Origin: a bacterium
GTDB taxonomy: Bacteria; Armatimonadota; Zipacnadia; Zipacnadales; Zipacnadaceae
Length of the DNA: 64,000 nt
Direction of reading: 5' to 3'
Assembly (NCBI GenBank): GCA_030602615.1
Contig: JAUVZM010000001.1
Span: 73,720-137,719 of the forward strand
The notes beneath the pieces are model-generated. The model had not been told where the DNA came from, made no database searches, and saw nothing but the letters and a program-made list of their open reading frames with translations. Shown piece after piece: positions 10,622-21,682 of this stretch. Position numbers and translations under genes: made by a program. The stretch's first letter is position 1. Each line of letters begins with the position of its first letter.

Positions 10622-10885
10622 TTGGTTAACTGGGTACCTTTTGCTGCAGAGGCGAGGCTGATGGGACGTGGGCCAGGATCAAAGTGGGGTAGCCAGTTGC
10701 GCCTGTCCACCGTGGGTTTGACCTTGGCGATTGCCGTAGGCATTGGTGCAGTGGGCGGGCTGTATCTGGATGACTACCTGGGAACGGGGCCCTGGCTGAC
10801 GATCTTGGGCGTACTGCTGGGTAGCGCTGCCGGCTTCCATCAATTAGTCCGTGAGATTAAACAGTCCGCAGATCCCGATGACTGA
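10622..10885 (+). CDS. atpZ: AtpZ-like small membrane protein (ATP synthase gene-1 family)
   Basis: 87 aa, 2 TM. LAIAVGIGAVGGLYLDDYLGTGPWLTILGVLLGSAAGF is typical of the AtpZ/Atp1 family. Lies directly upstream of atpI; the true start may be an internal Met. Confidence 0.55.
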   Translation: MVNWVPFAAEARLMGRGPGSKWGSQLRLSTVGLTLAIAVGIGAVGGLYLDDYLGTGPWLTILGVLLGSAAGFHQLVREIKQSADPDD

Positions 10886-11282
10886 CCAGTTACAATCACG
10901 GTTCTTTGTCCGGGGCTATTTTGCTGCCGGGTTTGTCACTGCTCTGTTAGCTGGAGGGTTAGCTGTCAGCGGGCGTGGCAATGTGGCGTTGGGGGTGGTG
11001 GCGGGCGCGGCGGTTGCCCTGCTTATGATTCACGGCACAGTCAAGCTGGGTACTGCCCTTGTTGATCGGACTGGGAATGAAGCGCAAAAGGGGCGACGCT
11101 TTCGGCGCGCGCTGGCCTTTCAAATAAGTAAGTACATAGTGGCCATTGGCGCGCTGTTTCTGCTGGTTACCAGATGGGAAGTTGACCCGGTAGGACTGGC
11201 CGTCGGCTATGGCATACCCCTTGTGGTTTTGGTAGTGGCGGGCCTGAGGGCGCGAGGCGCCGGGCCTACGCAGGAAAGATGA
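10878..11282 (+). CDS. atpI: ATP synthase protein I
   Basis: 4-TM small protein, overlapping atpZ stop and atpB start (ATGA). Start chosen at ATG 10878; the tool ORF starts at 10851. Confidence 0.6.
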   Translation: MTDQLQSRFFVRGYFAAGFVTALLAGGLAVSGRGNVALGVVAGAAVALLMIHGTVKLGTALVDRTGNEAQKGRRFRRALAFQISKYIVAIGALFLLVTRWEVDPVGLAVGYGIPLVVLVVAGLRARGAGPTQER

Positions 11283-12067
11283 GTCCGAGTCGGGCTTCGG
11301 TAACTTGGATGGAAGAACATGCTGGTAGTTGGCTAAACCTGTTAGTAAACCTCGAGCCCCAGTGGCTGCGGCCCTATCTGCCGCTGGAAGTGGTCACTGG
11401 TTGGCTAGTGTTGATTCTGGTAGTGCTGGTGGCCTGGTACAGTGTCCGCCGCATGCAGCGAGTGCCCGCCTCCGGGTGGCAGACGATAGCTGAGTGGAGC
11501 TACGGACTGTGCGCTAGCTTCTCTCGGCAGATGATTGGCCCGGGCGGCGAGCGCTATGCCCCCCTGCTGGGCACGCTTTTTGTCTACATATTGATAATGA
11601 ACGTGGCCGGCCTGGTGCCGGGCCTGACCTCGCCTACTGCGACGCTGAACATGACACTGGCGCTGGCGATTACTGCAGTGGTGGGGGCAGCTATCTACGG
11701 AATAATGCAAAAAGGGTGGCGCTATCTGGAACATTTCGTGGATGGCCCGTGGCCTATATGGCCGCTTACGGCGCTGATCCATCTAATCGGGGAGCTTGCC
11801 CGCATTATGTCGCTGAGCTTCCGTCTATTTGGCAATATCTTCGCCAAGGAGACCGTCATTGCCCAGGTGCTACTGCTTTTGGGCAGTGTGCTAGCTGTTC
11901 AGCAGATTAGCCTGGTGCTACGGGCACCGACAGTACTGGCCGGCACAGCGCTGTTGCACTTGCCGTTGCTGCTGTTGGGACTATTGGTCAGCCTAATTCA
12001 GGCTTTGATATTTATGATGCTAACTGCTGCCTATATCCAGGGTGCGGTGGAGACGCATTCGGAGTGA
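11279..12067 (+). CDS. atpB: F0 ATP synthase subunit a
   Basis: 262 aa. Conserved LSFRLFGNIFAKE segment carrying the essential Arg. Confidence 0.9.
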   Translation: MSPSRASVTWMEEHAGSWLNLLVNLEPQWLRPYLPLEVVTGWLVLILVVLVAWYSVRRMQRVPASGWQTIAEWSYGLCASFSRQMIGPGGERYAPLLGTLFVYILIMNVAGLVPGLTSPTATLNMTLALAITAVVGAAIYGIMQKGWRYLEHFVDGPWPIWPLTALIHLIGELARIMSLSFRLFGNIFAKETVIAQVLLLLGSVLAVQQISLVLRAPTVLAGTALLHLPLLLLGLLVSLIQALIFMMLTAAYIQGAVETHSE

Positions 12068-12133
12068 CGCTAGCGAGCAGTTGATTTTGTGATCTATCCG
12101 AACCGGATCAAACTAAGATAGGAGGCACGAATT

Positions 12134-12394
12134 ATGTCATTTGCTGCGGTGTTTGCGGCTGTACTTGGATTAGCTGTACCCATAACAGCTGTGTTCGCGG
12201 CCACCGCTCAGGGTAAGGTAGGCGTCGCGGCGATGGAGGGCATCGCCCGCCAGCCGGAGGCGGCCGGCGATATCGGGCGCAACCTGATTATCACGCTGGC
12301 CCTGATTGAGGCGCTGGTGATCTACGCTCTGCTTACCTTCCTGGTGCTGTTTGGCAACATTCCTCCCTTGATCGAAAAACTCGGCCAGTTGTAG
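12134..12394 (+). CDS. atpE: F0 ATP synthase subunit c
   Basis: 86 aa hairpin. ARQPEAAG loop, ion-binding Glu in LIEALVIYAL. RBS TAGGAGG. Confidence 0.9.
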   Translation: MSFAAVFAAVLGLAVPITAVFAATAQGKVGVAAMEGIARQPEAAGDIGRNLIITLALIEALVIYALLTFLVLFGNIPPLIEKLGQL

Positions 12395-12419
12395 ATACTG
12401 CCAGTGAGGGCTGTCGTAT

Positions 12420-12956
12420 ATGGAATTCCTGCAGGGACTGCTGGGTGAGTTGCACATTGACCCGCCGGTAATTCTGGTGAATATTATCGGCTTTTTGATA
12501 TTGCTCGCCCTGATGCGCAAGTTCTTCTTTGGGCCAATCAGCCAGTTTTTCGCTGAGCGCCAGCAGGAGGTGGCCCAGCGGATAGAGAGCACAGAAAGCG
12601 CCCAGAAAGAGGCTGCTCAGGAGCTTTCCCGCATCCACGGCCAGCGCCAGGAGATGATTGACCAGGCCCAGCAGGAGGCCACCGAGCTGCACCAGCAGGC
12701 CCAGCAGCAGGCTGAGGGGTTGGTTGATGAGGCCCGCCGGCAGGCCCTGGAGCGGGAACAGCGTGCCGAAGAGCATATCCGCGACAGCCAGGAGCGGGCT
12801 TTGGCTGAGGCTCGTGGCGAGATTGCCCAGCTATCTACTCAGCTTGCCCGGCGGGCGTTGGGCGAGAGCCTCAAGGATGAAGAGCAGCAGCAACTGCTGG
12901 AGGCTGCTCTGCGGGATGTAGAAGAGATAGCCAGGCGCAACAGTGAGCAGGTGTGA
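12420..12956 (+). CDS. atpF: F0 ATP synthase subunit b
   Basis: 178 aa. N-terminal TM followed by a long charged coiled-coil. Confidence 0.85.
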   Translation: MEFLQGLLGELHIDPPVILVNIIGFLILLALMRKFFFGPISQFFAERQQEVAQRIESTESAQKEAAQELSRIHGQRQEMIDQAQQEATELHQQAQQQAEGLVDEARRQALEREQRAEEHIRDSQERALAEARGEIAQLSTQLARRALGESLKDEEQQQLLEAALRDVEEIARRNSEQV

Positions 12957-13498
12957 TTGTGGTGCTGGCTGCCAGTCAGAGCGGAAAGAAATATGTTCAG
13001 GGGCTGGTGCAGGCTGCTGTGGAGCGGGACAAGGTAGAGGAAGTTAAAGCAAGCCTGCGCAGACTTCAGGATACTGTTGAAAACGTGCCACAGTTGGTCG
13101 TCACCCTGAGCCACCCTGAGCTGGCCGATGGCGAGAAGCTACAGGTCCTGAACAGGGCGACCGGAGAAGACCGGCCGCCGCTGGTGGCGGGATTTATAGA
13201 CCTGATAGTCAGGGACGGGCAGACGGACGTTTTGCAGCACGTTGCTGACCTGTATGAGCAACTATATGACGAGGTGCGCGGCGTGCAGCGGGCCCTGGTC
13301 GAGACGCCGATCCCGCTCAGTGACTCGCAGAAGCAGCGCCTGCATACGGCCCTGGGAAAGATTGTCAGCGGTCAGGTCAGCCTGGAAGAGCAGATCAACC
13401 CACAGGTCCTGGGCGGGCTGCGTATTTCCCTGGGCCACAGAATCATAGATGCCAGCTTGCAGGGGCGGCTGGAGGGCCTCCGCCAGGCCGTCGGGTAG
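12953..13498 (+). CDS. atpH: F1 ATP synthase delta subunit (OSCP)
   Basis: 181 aa. Position between b and alpha. OSCP-like C-terminus. Confidence 0.8.
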   Translation: MIVVLAASQSGKKYVQGLVQAAVERDKVEEVKASLRRLQDTVENVPQLVVTLSHPELADGEKLQVLNRATGEDRPPLVAGFIDLIVRDGQTDVLQHVADLYEQLYDEVRGVQRALVETPIPLSDSQKQRLHTALGKIVSGQVSLEEQINPQVLGGLRISLGHRIIDASLQGRLEGLRQAVG

Positions 13499-13522
13499 AC
13501 TGCCAGAGGTGTTGGCCGCCGT

Positions 13523-15076
13523 TTGCCGTTTGTTGATGAGGTGAACCGGTTGCGGGCAAATGAAACTAACATAACATCTGTGCTTCGCGAGCGAATCGCC
13601 GCCTACGAGCAGGAGTTGAAGGTGGACGAACGCGGGACGGTGATTGCCGTCGGCGACGGCATCGCTCGGGTCTACGGCCTGGAGAAGGTTATGGCCCAGG
13701 AACTGGTGGAGTTCCCCGGCGACGTAATGGGGATTGCCCTGAATTTGGAGGAGGACACCGTTGGCTGCATCCTGATGGGCCCGGACGAGGATATCGTAGA
13801 AGGCGACGTTGTCCGCCGCACCGGTCGTATTGCTGAGACCCAGGTCGGCGCGGGGGTCTGGGGGCGGGTGATGACCCCGTTGGCCGAGCCGCTGGACGAT
13901 CCCGACCGGCCCATTGCGGGCGAAACCACTCGTCCGCTGGAAGTCAAGGCGCCGGGAGTTATCAAGCGCCAGCCCGTCAACGAGCCGCTGTATACCGGCA
14001 TTAAGGTCATTGATGCTCTAACGCCCATTGGGCGAGGCCAGCGCGAACTTATCATCGGCGACCGCCAAACCGGCAAGACCGCCCTTGCTGTTGATACCAT
14101 TATCAACCAGCGTGACAGCAACGTAAAGTGCATCTATGTGGCCATAGGACAGAAGATCTCCACAGTTCGGCGCATCGCTGCCATCTTAGAAGAGTATGGG
14201 GCGATGGAGCATACCTGTATCATCGCCGCCTGTGCCAGTGACCCGGCGGCGCTGCAATATATCGCTCCTTACGCCGGCTGTACCATAGGAGAGCACGAGC
14301 GCAACAACGGCCGCAACGCCCTAATTGTCTATGACGATCTGTCCAAACATGCCAAGGCCTACCGCGAGCTTTCCCTACTGCTGGAACGCCCGCCGGGTCG
14401 GGAGGCTTACCCGGGAGACATATTTAACCTCCATTCCCGCCTGCTGGAACGGGCGGCCAAGATGAGTGACGCAGAGGGCGGCGGGTCGCTCACCGCTCTG
14501 CCCATTGTGGAGACCCAGGAGGGCGACTTTTCGGCCTATATTCCCACCAATATAATCTCCATTACTGATGGGCAGATATATCTGCAGCCGGACCTGTTTC
14601 ACCAGGGAGTGCGTCCGGCAATTAACGTGGGTCTGAGCGTCTCCCGTGTGGGAGGCGCCGCCCAGCCGAGGATGATGCGCCAGGTGGCGGGGCAGTTGCG
14701 CTCGGACCTGGCTACGTACCGCGAGTCAGAGGCTTTCACGCAGTTCGCCGAGGAGCTTGACGCCCACACTCAGCAAATCCTGCGCCGTGGCCAGCGTATG
14801 GTCGAGGTGCTCAAGCAGCCCCAGTACGTCCCTCAGGCTGTCGAAGACCAGGTTATTGCAGTCTTTGCCGGCAGCGAGGGACATTGGGACGAGGCCCCAG
14901 CAGATGCCGTTGATGAGCTTGAAAACGAGCTGATTGAGTTCATTCACGAACAGCATCCTGAAATCATCGAAGAGCTGCGCAACAAGCAGGAACTTGAGGA
15001 AGCGGTGGCGCAGGCGTTGAGTGAGACCATTGAAAGGTTCAAAGCAGAAAGCCCTCACCTTGAAAAGGATGAGTAG
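13523..15076 (+). CDS. atpA: F1 ATP synthase alpha subunit
   Basis: 517 aa. P-loop GDRQTGKT and the canonical alpha-subunit blocks. Confidence 0.95.
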   Translation: MPFVDEVNRLRANETNITSVLRERIAAYEQELKVDERGTVIAVGDGIARVYGLEKVMAQELVEFPGDVMGIALNLEEDTVGCILMGPDEDIVEGDVVRRTGRIAETQVGAGVWGRVMTPLAEPLDDPDRPIAGETTRPLEVKAPGVIKRQPVNEPLYTGIKVIDALTPIGRGQRELIIGDRQTGKTALAVDTIINQRDSNVKCIYVAIGQKISTVRRIAAILEEYGAMEHTCIIAACASDPAALQYIAPYAGCTIGEHERNNGRNALIVYDDLSKHAKAYRELSLLLERPPGREAYPGDIFNLHSRLLERAAKMSDAEGGGSLTALPIVETQEGDFSAYIPTNIISITDGQIYLQPDLFHQGVRPAINVGLSVSRVGGAAQPRMMRQVAGQLRSDLATYRESEAFTQFAEELDAHTQQILRRGQRMVEVLKQPQYVPQAVEDQVIAVFAGSEGHWDEAPADAVDELENELIEFIHEQHPEIIEELRNKQELEEAVAQALSETIERFKAESPHLEKDE

Positions 15077-15107
15077 GACTGCTGCGTATGATACACAGGC
15101 AGGATAA

Positions 15108-15983
15108 ATGATGGCTCGTAGCCTGCGCGATTTGCGTCGAAAAATCAAGGGCGTCCGGCACATTCGCCAAATCACTCGGGCGATGAAGATGGTGGCCACG
15201 GCCAAGCTGAAGCGCATTCAGCGCACGGTCGAGAACAGCCGGCGCTATCAGGAGGAGTTGCGCTCCCTGCTGGCCGATGTGGCTAGAGCCAGTGTCGAGG
15301 TTGATCACCCCTACCTGCAAGCCCGCGAAGTCGAGCGGGTGGGGGTGATGATTGTCGGCGGCGACCGGGGCTTGTGTGGGGCATTCAATCGTCAGATAGA
15401 CGAGCAGGCGGTCGAGTTCATTGCTGGCCAGTCAGCGCCGGTCGAAGTTATTACGGTGGGCAGGCGCATGCGCCGGTATGCCGACCGGCACGGGCTGGAT
15501 GTCGTGAGCAGTCACGCGGCCGTGGAGCGTGCTGATGCCCCTGATATTGACCAGATCATCGGCGAGGTGCGCTCGTGGTATGAAAGTGGTCATGTGGATT
15601 TGGTGCAGGTGGTCTATGCCCGGTTTGACTCGCTCGTCCGTCACCCGGCAATCAGCGAGCAGCTCCTGCCGATGTCGCCGCAGGCCTTTGCGGAAGCCAC
15701 TGACGATGCCGCCCCCGTGCCTGTTGAATATATCTTTGAGCCGCCGGCTGCCCGGTTACTGGCAGAGCTGCTGCCCCGGGCGCTGGAGGTGGAGATTGCC
15801 CAGATATTGTTGACGACCCAGGCCTCCGGGCAAGCAGCACGCATGACCGCGATGAGTGCAGCTACCGACAACGCTGGCGATATGATCACTGACCTTACTC
15901 GTAGTATCAACCGTGCTCGCCAGGAGGAGATCACCGCTGAACTTCTGGACGTGGTCACCGGCGCGCGGGCCCTGCAGTCCTAA
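15108..15983 (+). CDS. atpG: F1 ATP synthase gamma subunit
   Basis: 291 aa. Conserved N-terminal ITRAMKMVATAKL and C-terminal helix. Confidence 0.9.
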   Translation: MMARSLRDLRRKIKGVRHIRQITRAMKMVATAKLKRIQRTVENSRRYQEELRSLLADVARASVEVDHPYLQAREVERVGVMIVGGDRGLCGAFNRQIDEQAVEFIAGQSAPVEVITVGRRMRRYADRHGLDVVSSHAAVERADAPDIDQIIGEVRSWYESGHVDLVQVVYARFDSLVRHPAISEQLLPMSPQAFAEATDDAAPVPVEYIFEPPAARLLAELLPRALEVEIAQILLTTQASGQAARMTAMSAATDNAGDMITDLTRSINRARQEEITAELLDVVTGARALQS

Positions 15984-16022
15984 GTGGCCGGCAGCCGAGC
16001 ATTTAAGGGACGAACGATATAG

Positions 16023-17411
<1,389 letters not shown>

Positions 17412-17443
17412 CTTACCCCTGGGGGAATGGGCAGGTTAAGCGT

Positions 17444-17866
17444 ATGGCGTCTGCGCCTGCATTTGTCACCACAATCGTCACCCGCAATGGGGAGTTGTTC
17501 GCGGGTGATGCAATAAGCACAATTGCCCCCGGCCAGGAGGGGTACTTCGGCGTGAAGGCCAATCACGCCCCGTTTATGGTCGCGCTGGGCATAGGTGAGC
17601 TCCGAGTCACTACCCCGGACAACCAAAATCACTATTTCGCCATTGCTGGTGGGGTAGCTGAGGTGCAGGACAACGCCTTGGTGGTGCTGGCCGATACTGG
17701 CGAGCGAGCGCTGGATATTGATGTCGCTCGGGCCGAAGAGGCCGCCGAGCGGGCGCGGACACGCCTATTCGGTGAAGGACCCGAAGAAGAGGTAGAACTC
17801 ACCCGGGCGGAGGTGGCTCTAACCCGGGCCATGAATCGCCTGCGCGTCGCCCGCCACGGGCGGTAG
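17444..17866 (+). CDS. atpC: F1 ATP synthase epsilon subunit
   Basis: 140 aa. Beta-sandwich plus helical hairpin. Last gene of the operon. Confidence 0.9.
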   Translation: MASAPAFVTTIVTRNGELFAGDAISTIAPGQEGYFGVKANHAPFMVALGIGELRVTTPDNQNHYFAIAGGVAEVQDNALVVLADTGERALDIDVARAEEAAERARTRLFGEGPEEEVELTRAEVALTRAMNRLRVARHGR

Positions 17867-17897
17867 TTGCATCGTTGTAGTGCTCCTTGTTTGTCGC

Positions 17898-17925
17898 GGC
17901 AGGAATGCCGCTCCTACCGGTTTGG
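17898..17925 (+). terminator. Intrinsic terminator after the atp operon (same hairpin sequence as 507..535)
   Basis: GGCAGGA-atgccgc-TCCTACC then GGTTTGG. Identical at 27 of 28 nt to the hairpin at 507..535. Confidence 0.5.
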
Positions 17926-18060
17926 CAATAGTTTCGTTCTGTTCATCTTGCCGGCAACAAATAGACCCCTGAGAAGGAGATAGGGCGCAGCTTAGAGAAG
18001 GGGCTATTGTGGCTTGGAATATCACTGCGAAGGCTAAAGCCTGTATAAGGGGGTTCCAAC

Positions 18061-18876
18061 ATGCAATGGGGACTTGAAAACCGTTTGGCGCAGATTATTC
18101 GACCGGAGACGGGCCGAACCGTGATGCTGGCTATTGACCACGGTTACTTCCAGGGGCCGACTACCGGCCTGGAGGAACCGGGAAAAACCGTCGCACCGCT
18201 TCTGCCCTATTGTGACGCGCTCAGCCCGACCAAGGGGATACTCCAATACTGTATCGATCCGCTGACCGCTCCCCCGATTATCCTGCGGGTCTCGGGCGGC
18301 AACAGTATGGCCCGGCGCGACGAGTTGGACGATGAAATCCTCACCTGCACCATTGAGCAGGCTGTTGCGCTTAATGCCGTCGGGGTATCAATCTCGATAT
18401 ACGTCGGTACCGAGCATCAGCGCCAGACAATACAGAATCTGGCGACAATGGCCGACGAGGCCCACAAGTACGGCCTGGTGGTCCTGGGGATCAGTGCAGT
18501 TGGCGCGAGCCTGGGCGAGTTGCGCGAGCCGGGCAAGGAGCAGGAGTTCGCCCGCTATTTGGCCCTGGCCAGCCGCATCGCCGCCGAACACGGTGCTGAC
18601 ATCTCCAAGACTTACTACGTGCCCGGCCATTTTGATAAAGTGGTGGGCGGCTGTCCTATCCCTATTGTGCTCGCCGGCGGCAAGAAAGTGCCGGAGGCCG
18701 AGGCGCTTGAATTCTCCTACAACGCCATTCAAGACGGTGCCTCCGGCGTTGACATGGGCCGCAATATCTTCCAGGCGGAATCACCGGTGGCTATGATCCA
18801 GGCCGTCCGCGCTGTTGTGCACGAGGGCAAGGCATCCGAGGAAGCCTACGAATTGTACCAGAGCCTGGCCAAATAG
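18061..18876 (+). CDS. Class I aldolase of the DhnA/LsrF/FbaB (DeoC-LacD) family
   Basis: 271 aa. LAIDHGYFQGP signature, with a TIM-barrel aldolase Lys region. Confidence 0.65.
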   Translation: MQWGLENRLAQIIRPETGRTVMLAIDHGYFQGPTTGLEEPGKTVAPLLPYCDALSPTKGILQYCIDPLTAPPIILRVSGGNSMARRDELDDEILTCTIEQAVALNAVGVSISIYVGTEHQRQTIQNLATMADEAHKYGLVVLGISAVGASLGELREPGKEQEFARYLALASRIAAEHGADISKTYYVPGHFDKVVGGCPIPIVLAGGKKVPEAEALEFSYNAIQDGASGVDMGRNIFQAESPVAMIQAVRAVVHEGKASEEAYELYQSLAK

Positions 18877-18892
18877 CTGCCAGGAGCAGGAT

Positions 18893-19936
18893 ATGGTCAG
18901 AGGAAACTCTATGAAAGTGGGGATGTACTACAACAATCGCGATGTGCGTGTCGAGCAGATGCCGATTCCGCAGATTGGTCCGGGCGAGCTGCTTATGGAG
19001 GTCAGGGCCAGTGGGATCTGCGGCAGCGACGTTATGGAGTGGTATCGCATTAAGAAAGCCCCCCTGGTTTTGGGCCACGAGGTCACCGGCGATGTTGCTG
19101 AGGTCGGGCAGGCCGTTACTGACTATCAGGTCGGCGACCGCATCTTTGTTACCCATCACGTGCCCTACAACACCTGCCACTATTGCCTGAGTGGGCATCA
19201 TACTGCCTGTGAGACGCTGCATACTACCAACTTCTACCCCGGCGGCTTTGCCCAATATGTGCGTGTACCCCCGATCAATGTGGATCGGGGCACACTGCGT
19301 TTGCCCGCAGAGGTTTCCTATGAGGACGGCTCGTTTATCGAGCCGCTGGGCACGGTAGTGCGCGGCCAGCGCAATGCTGGTGTTGGCCCGGGCGACAGCG
19401 TGCTGGTGCTGGGCTGTGGCATCGCTGGCCTGCTGCATGTCAAGCTGGCCCAGGCACTGGGGGCCAGCCGGATTATGGCTACTGACATTGATGACTACCG
19501 AATGGCAGCCGCGCGCAAGTTGGGGGCCGACAGTGTTGCTGATGCCGCCGAAGACATCCCTGACTTCGTTCGCCAGGCCAACGAGGGCCGACTGGCTGAT
19601 AAGGTGATAGTCTGCGCCGGAGCAGTGGCGGCATTCGGGCAGGCCCTGGAGTCGGTTGACCGCGGTGGCGTGGTGCTGTTCTTTGCTGTGCCCAGGCCCG
19701 GCGAGACGGTGGCCGTTGATTTCAATCGCTTTTGGCGCGACGACATATCCTTTATGCCCAGCTACGCGGCGGCGCCCCAGGATAATGCCACTGCTCTGGA
19801 GCTTATCAGGTCGGGGCGAGTGGTAGTTAATGATATGATCACCCACCGATTGAGCCTGGAGGAAATCGGCGAGGGCTTCCGCCTGGCCAGCGCCGCTGAC
19901 CACTGTCTTAAGGTGATAATACAGCCAAATGGCTAA
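18893..19936 (+). CDS. Zn-dependent medium-chain dehydrogenase (sorbitol / threonine-DH-like)
   Basis: GHEVTGDVAEVG catalytic-Zn motif, Cys-rich structural Zn loop, Rossmann GCGIAGLL. Start moved to ATG 18893, after AGGAGCAGG. The tool ORF at 18815 overlaps the aldolase. Confidence 0.8.
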   Translation: MVRGNSMKVGMYYNNRDVRVEQMPIPQIGPGELLMEVRASGICGSDVMEWYRIKKAPLVLGHEVTGDVAEVGQAVTDYQVGDRIFVTHHVPYNTCHYCLSGHHTACETLHTTNFYPGGFAQYVRVPPINVDRGTLRLPAEVSYEDGSFIEPLGTVVRGQRNAGVGPGDSVLVLGCGIAGLLHVKLAQALGASRIMATDIDDYRMAAARKLGADSVADAAEDIPDFVRQANEGRLADKVIVCAGAVAAFGQALESVDRGGVVLFFAVPRPGETVAVDFNRFWRDDISFMPSYAAAPQDNATALELIRSGRVVVNDMITHRLSLEEIGEGFRLASAADHCLKVIIQPNG

Positions 19937-20046
19937 GCTGCCCGCTAGTTGGCGATGTGGTGTCGTCTGTTATTGTGCCTTCGCGGCTTGACAGCAGCCG
20001 TCAACTCTGGGAAAATGGAATAGGAAACAATAGCTTTGGCAGGAGG

Positions 20047-21453
20047 ATGGTTCAAGTGACGAGATGGATGAGAATTGCGGTAGTATTGCTCGCTGCAGCA
20101 GTAGTGGCCGGCTGCGGGGGCGGCCCGAGCTCCTCTCGACAGACCAGTCGCCAGCAGCTCACCATTCGCGGCACCAGCTTTCCGCAACAGCTAGAGCCAG
20201 CCAGCCAGGTGAGCGTCTATGAAGACGACTACAACGGCTGGCCAGCGCTGTTTATGAAGAATGGTCTGGTCACGGTAGTGGCAGTGCCGGCCATCGGCGG
20301 TCGGATTATGGAGTACAACCTGGGCACTCACCCCTTCCTGTGGGTCAACGACGCTGAATTTGGTAAGACCTATGACCCACCCAAGACAGAGGAAGAGCGA
20401 CGGTGGCACAACTATGGTGGGTACAAAGTGTGGCCGGCCCCAGAGAGCCGCTGGGACGGGCCGCCTGATCCGTTGGGCTCGGCTCTGGATGGCGGAAAGT
20501 GGACTGGCGAGATCACTGCCCACGGTGGCCAGATTGGGGAGATTGAGCTGGTCAGTCCCGCTGACGAGAACGTGACGGGTTTGCAGATTAAGCGGAGAGT
20601 ACAGATGTTTGCTGGTACTACCCAGGTAGTGGTTACCGAGACCTTCGAAAACGTAAGCGCCGAGCCGATTGAATGGAGTATCTGGGGAGTCACCCAGGTC
20701 CGCGGCTCGCTGTCCAGCAGCGAAAAGTTCAGTGAACAGGCCCGCATCTACTTCCCGCTGAATCCCGACAACCGTGCCTCGAAGGGCTTCTGGTATTTGA
20801 CCAAAGGTCCGTCGGATCAATTTCAACTGCTCGACGATGGGAAGCTGATGCAGGTCTCTTACGGCTTTGAGACCAGCAAAATCGGCGCAGACGTAGCTGA
20901 CGGCTGGATGGCTTACGTTGACGATATTCACCAGTATGCTTTTGTCCAGCGTTTTGAGGAGCGGAGCTTGAGCGAATATCCCGACCAGGGCGCGAACGTG
21001 GAGGTATATACCTCGGGTGAAGAGTTCGCCCATATGGAGATGGAGACACTCAGCCAGTTATACACCCTCCAGCCCGGCGAGACGAAATCCTACTCTCAAC
21101 AGTGGTATGCCACCAGCTTGCCAGGACCGGTTCGCGATACCACCGAGCTGGCGGCTATCCGCGAGCCGTTGCGCCTGGAAAGTGTGGAGGCGGGATTGCA
21201 GCTTACTGGCGAGCTGGGCATATTTGCGCCAGGAACCCTTGAGGTCGTCCTGACTGACAGTGCAGGGAGACCTATGGGCGAGCCGGTGGCTGCGATCACA
21301 GTCAGCCCAGCACAGACAGTGGTGTTGGACCAGATTGTAACGCCGCAGCCAGAGGCGTCGGCACTGGTCCTGAGACTGGTCAACGACTGGGACACACCGC
21401 TGGGCGAGGTAGCCAGCGTCTCGTTGGCGACCCAGACCGCGCAGGCCCCCTGA
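20047..21453 (+). CDS. Secreted lipoprotein, possibly DUF4380 / mutarotase-like fold
   Basis: Lipobox LLAAAVVAGCGG after an AGGAGG RBS. GGRIMEYNL motif and a beta-rich sequence. No catalytic assignment possible. Confidence 0.45.
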   Translation: MVQVTRWMRIAVVLLAAAVVAGCGGGPSSSRQTSRQQLTIRGTSFPQQLEPASQVSVYEDDYNGWPALFMKNGLVTVVAVPAIGGRIMEYNLGTHPFLWVNDAEFGKTYDPPKTEEERRWHNYGGYKVWPAPESRWDGPPDPLGSALDGGKWTGEITAHGGQIGEIELVSPADENVTGLQIKRRVQMFAGTTQVVVTETFENVSAEPIEWSIWGVTQVRGSLSSSEKFSEQARIYFPLNPDNRASKGFWYLTKGPSDQFQLLDDGKLMQVSYGFETSKIGADVADGWMAYVDDIHQYAFVQRFEERSLSEYPDQGANVEVYTSGEEFAHMEMETLSQLYTLQPGETKSYSQQWYATSLPGPVRDTTELAAIREPLRLESVEAGLQLTGELGIFAPGTLEVVLTDSAGRPMGEPVAAITVSPAQTVVLDQIVTPQPEASALVLRLVNDWDTPLGEVASVSLATQTAQAP

Positions 21454-21635
21454 ATCCGATGGTAAAGACCCGCATTTACCATTTGTCACTGGGAGGTAAG
21501 AGAGCTGGATGAGGCCCTGGGCTTGACCGAGTTAACGGGGCTTACGCCGGTAGCGGGTGACTATGCCCTTACTGCGGCGAAGGATCGGTGGTGTTGCGTA
21601 TGCCCAGGCGGGATTGTCTCTGCTATCGCCCCAGC

Positions 21636-21669
21636 GCTGTCATACTTGTTCAATTCGGGGCAGAATCCC
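21636..21669 (+). promoter_or_regulatory. Conserved promoter module (copy A): CTGTCA, 18-nt spacer, CAGAAT
   Basis: 31 of 34 nt identical to 30322..30355, and matches the inverted copy at 26741..26771. RBS GAGGTGG and ATG 21683 follow. Confidence 0.55.
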
Positions 21670-21682
21670 AGAGGTGGACGAA

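Noticed and set aside
12134-12394. Possible Na+-coupled c-subunit or N-type ATPase
   Set aside because: Gene order is canonical F-type (atpIBEFHAGDC). The c-subunit has Glu but lacks the Q/S-T/Y Na+ signature around the ion-binding Glu.
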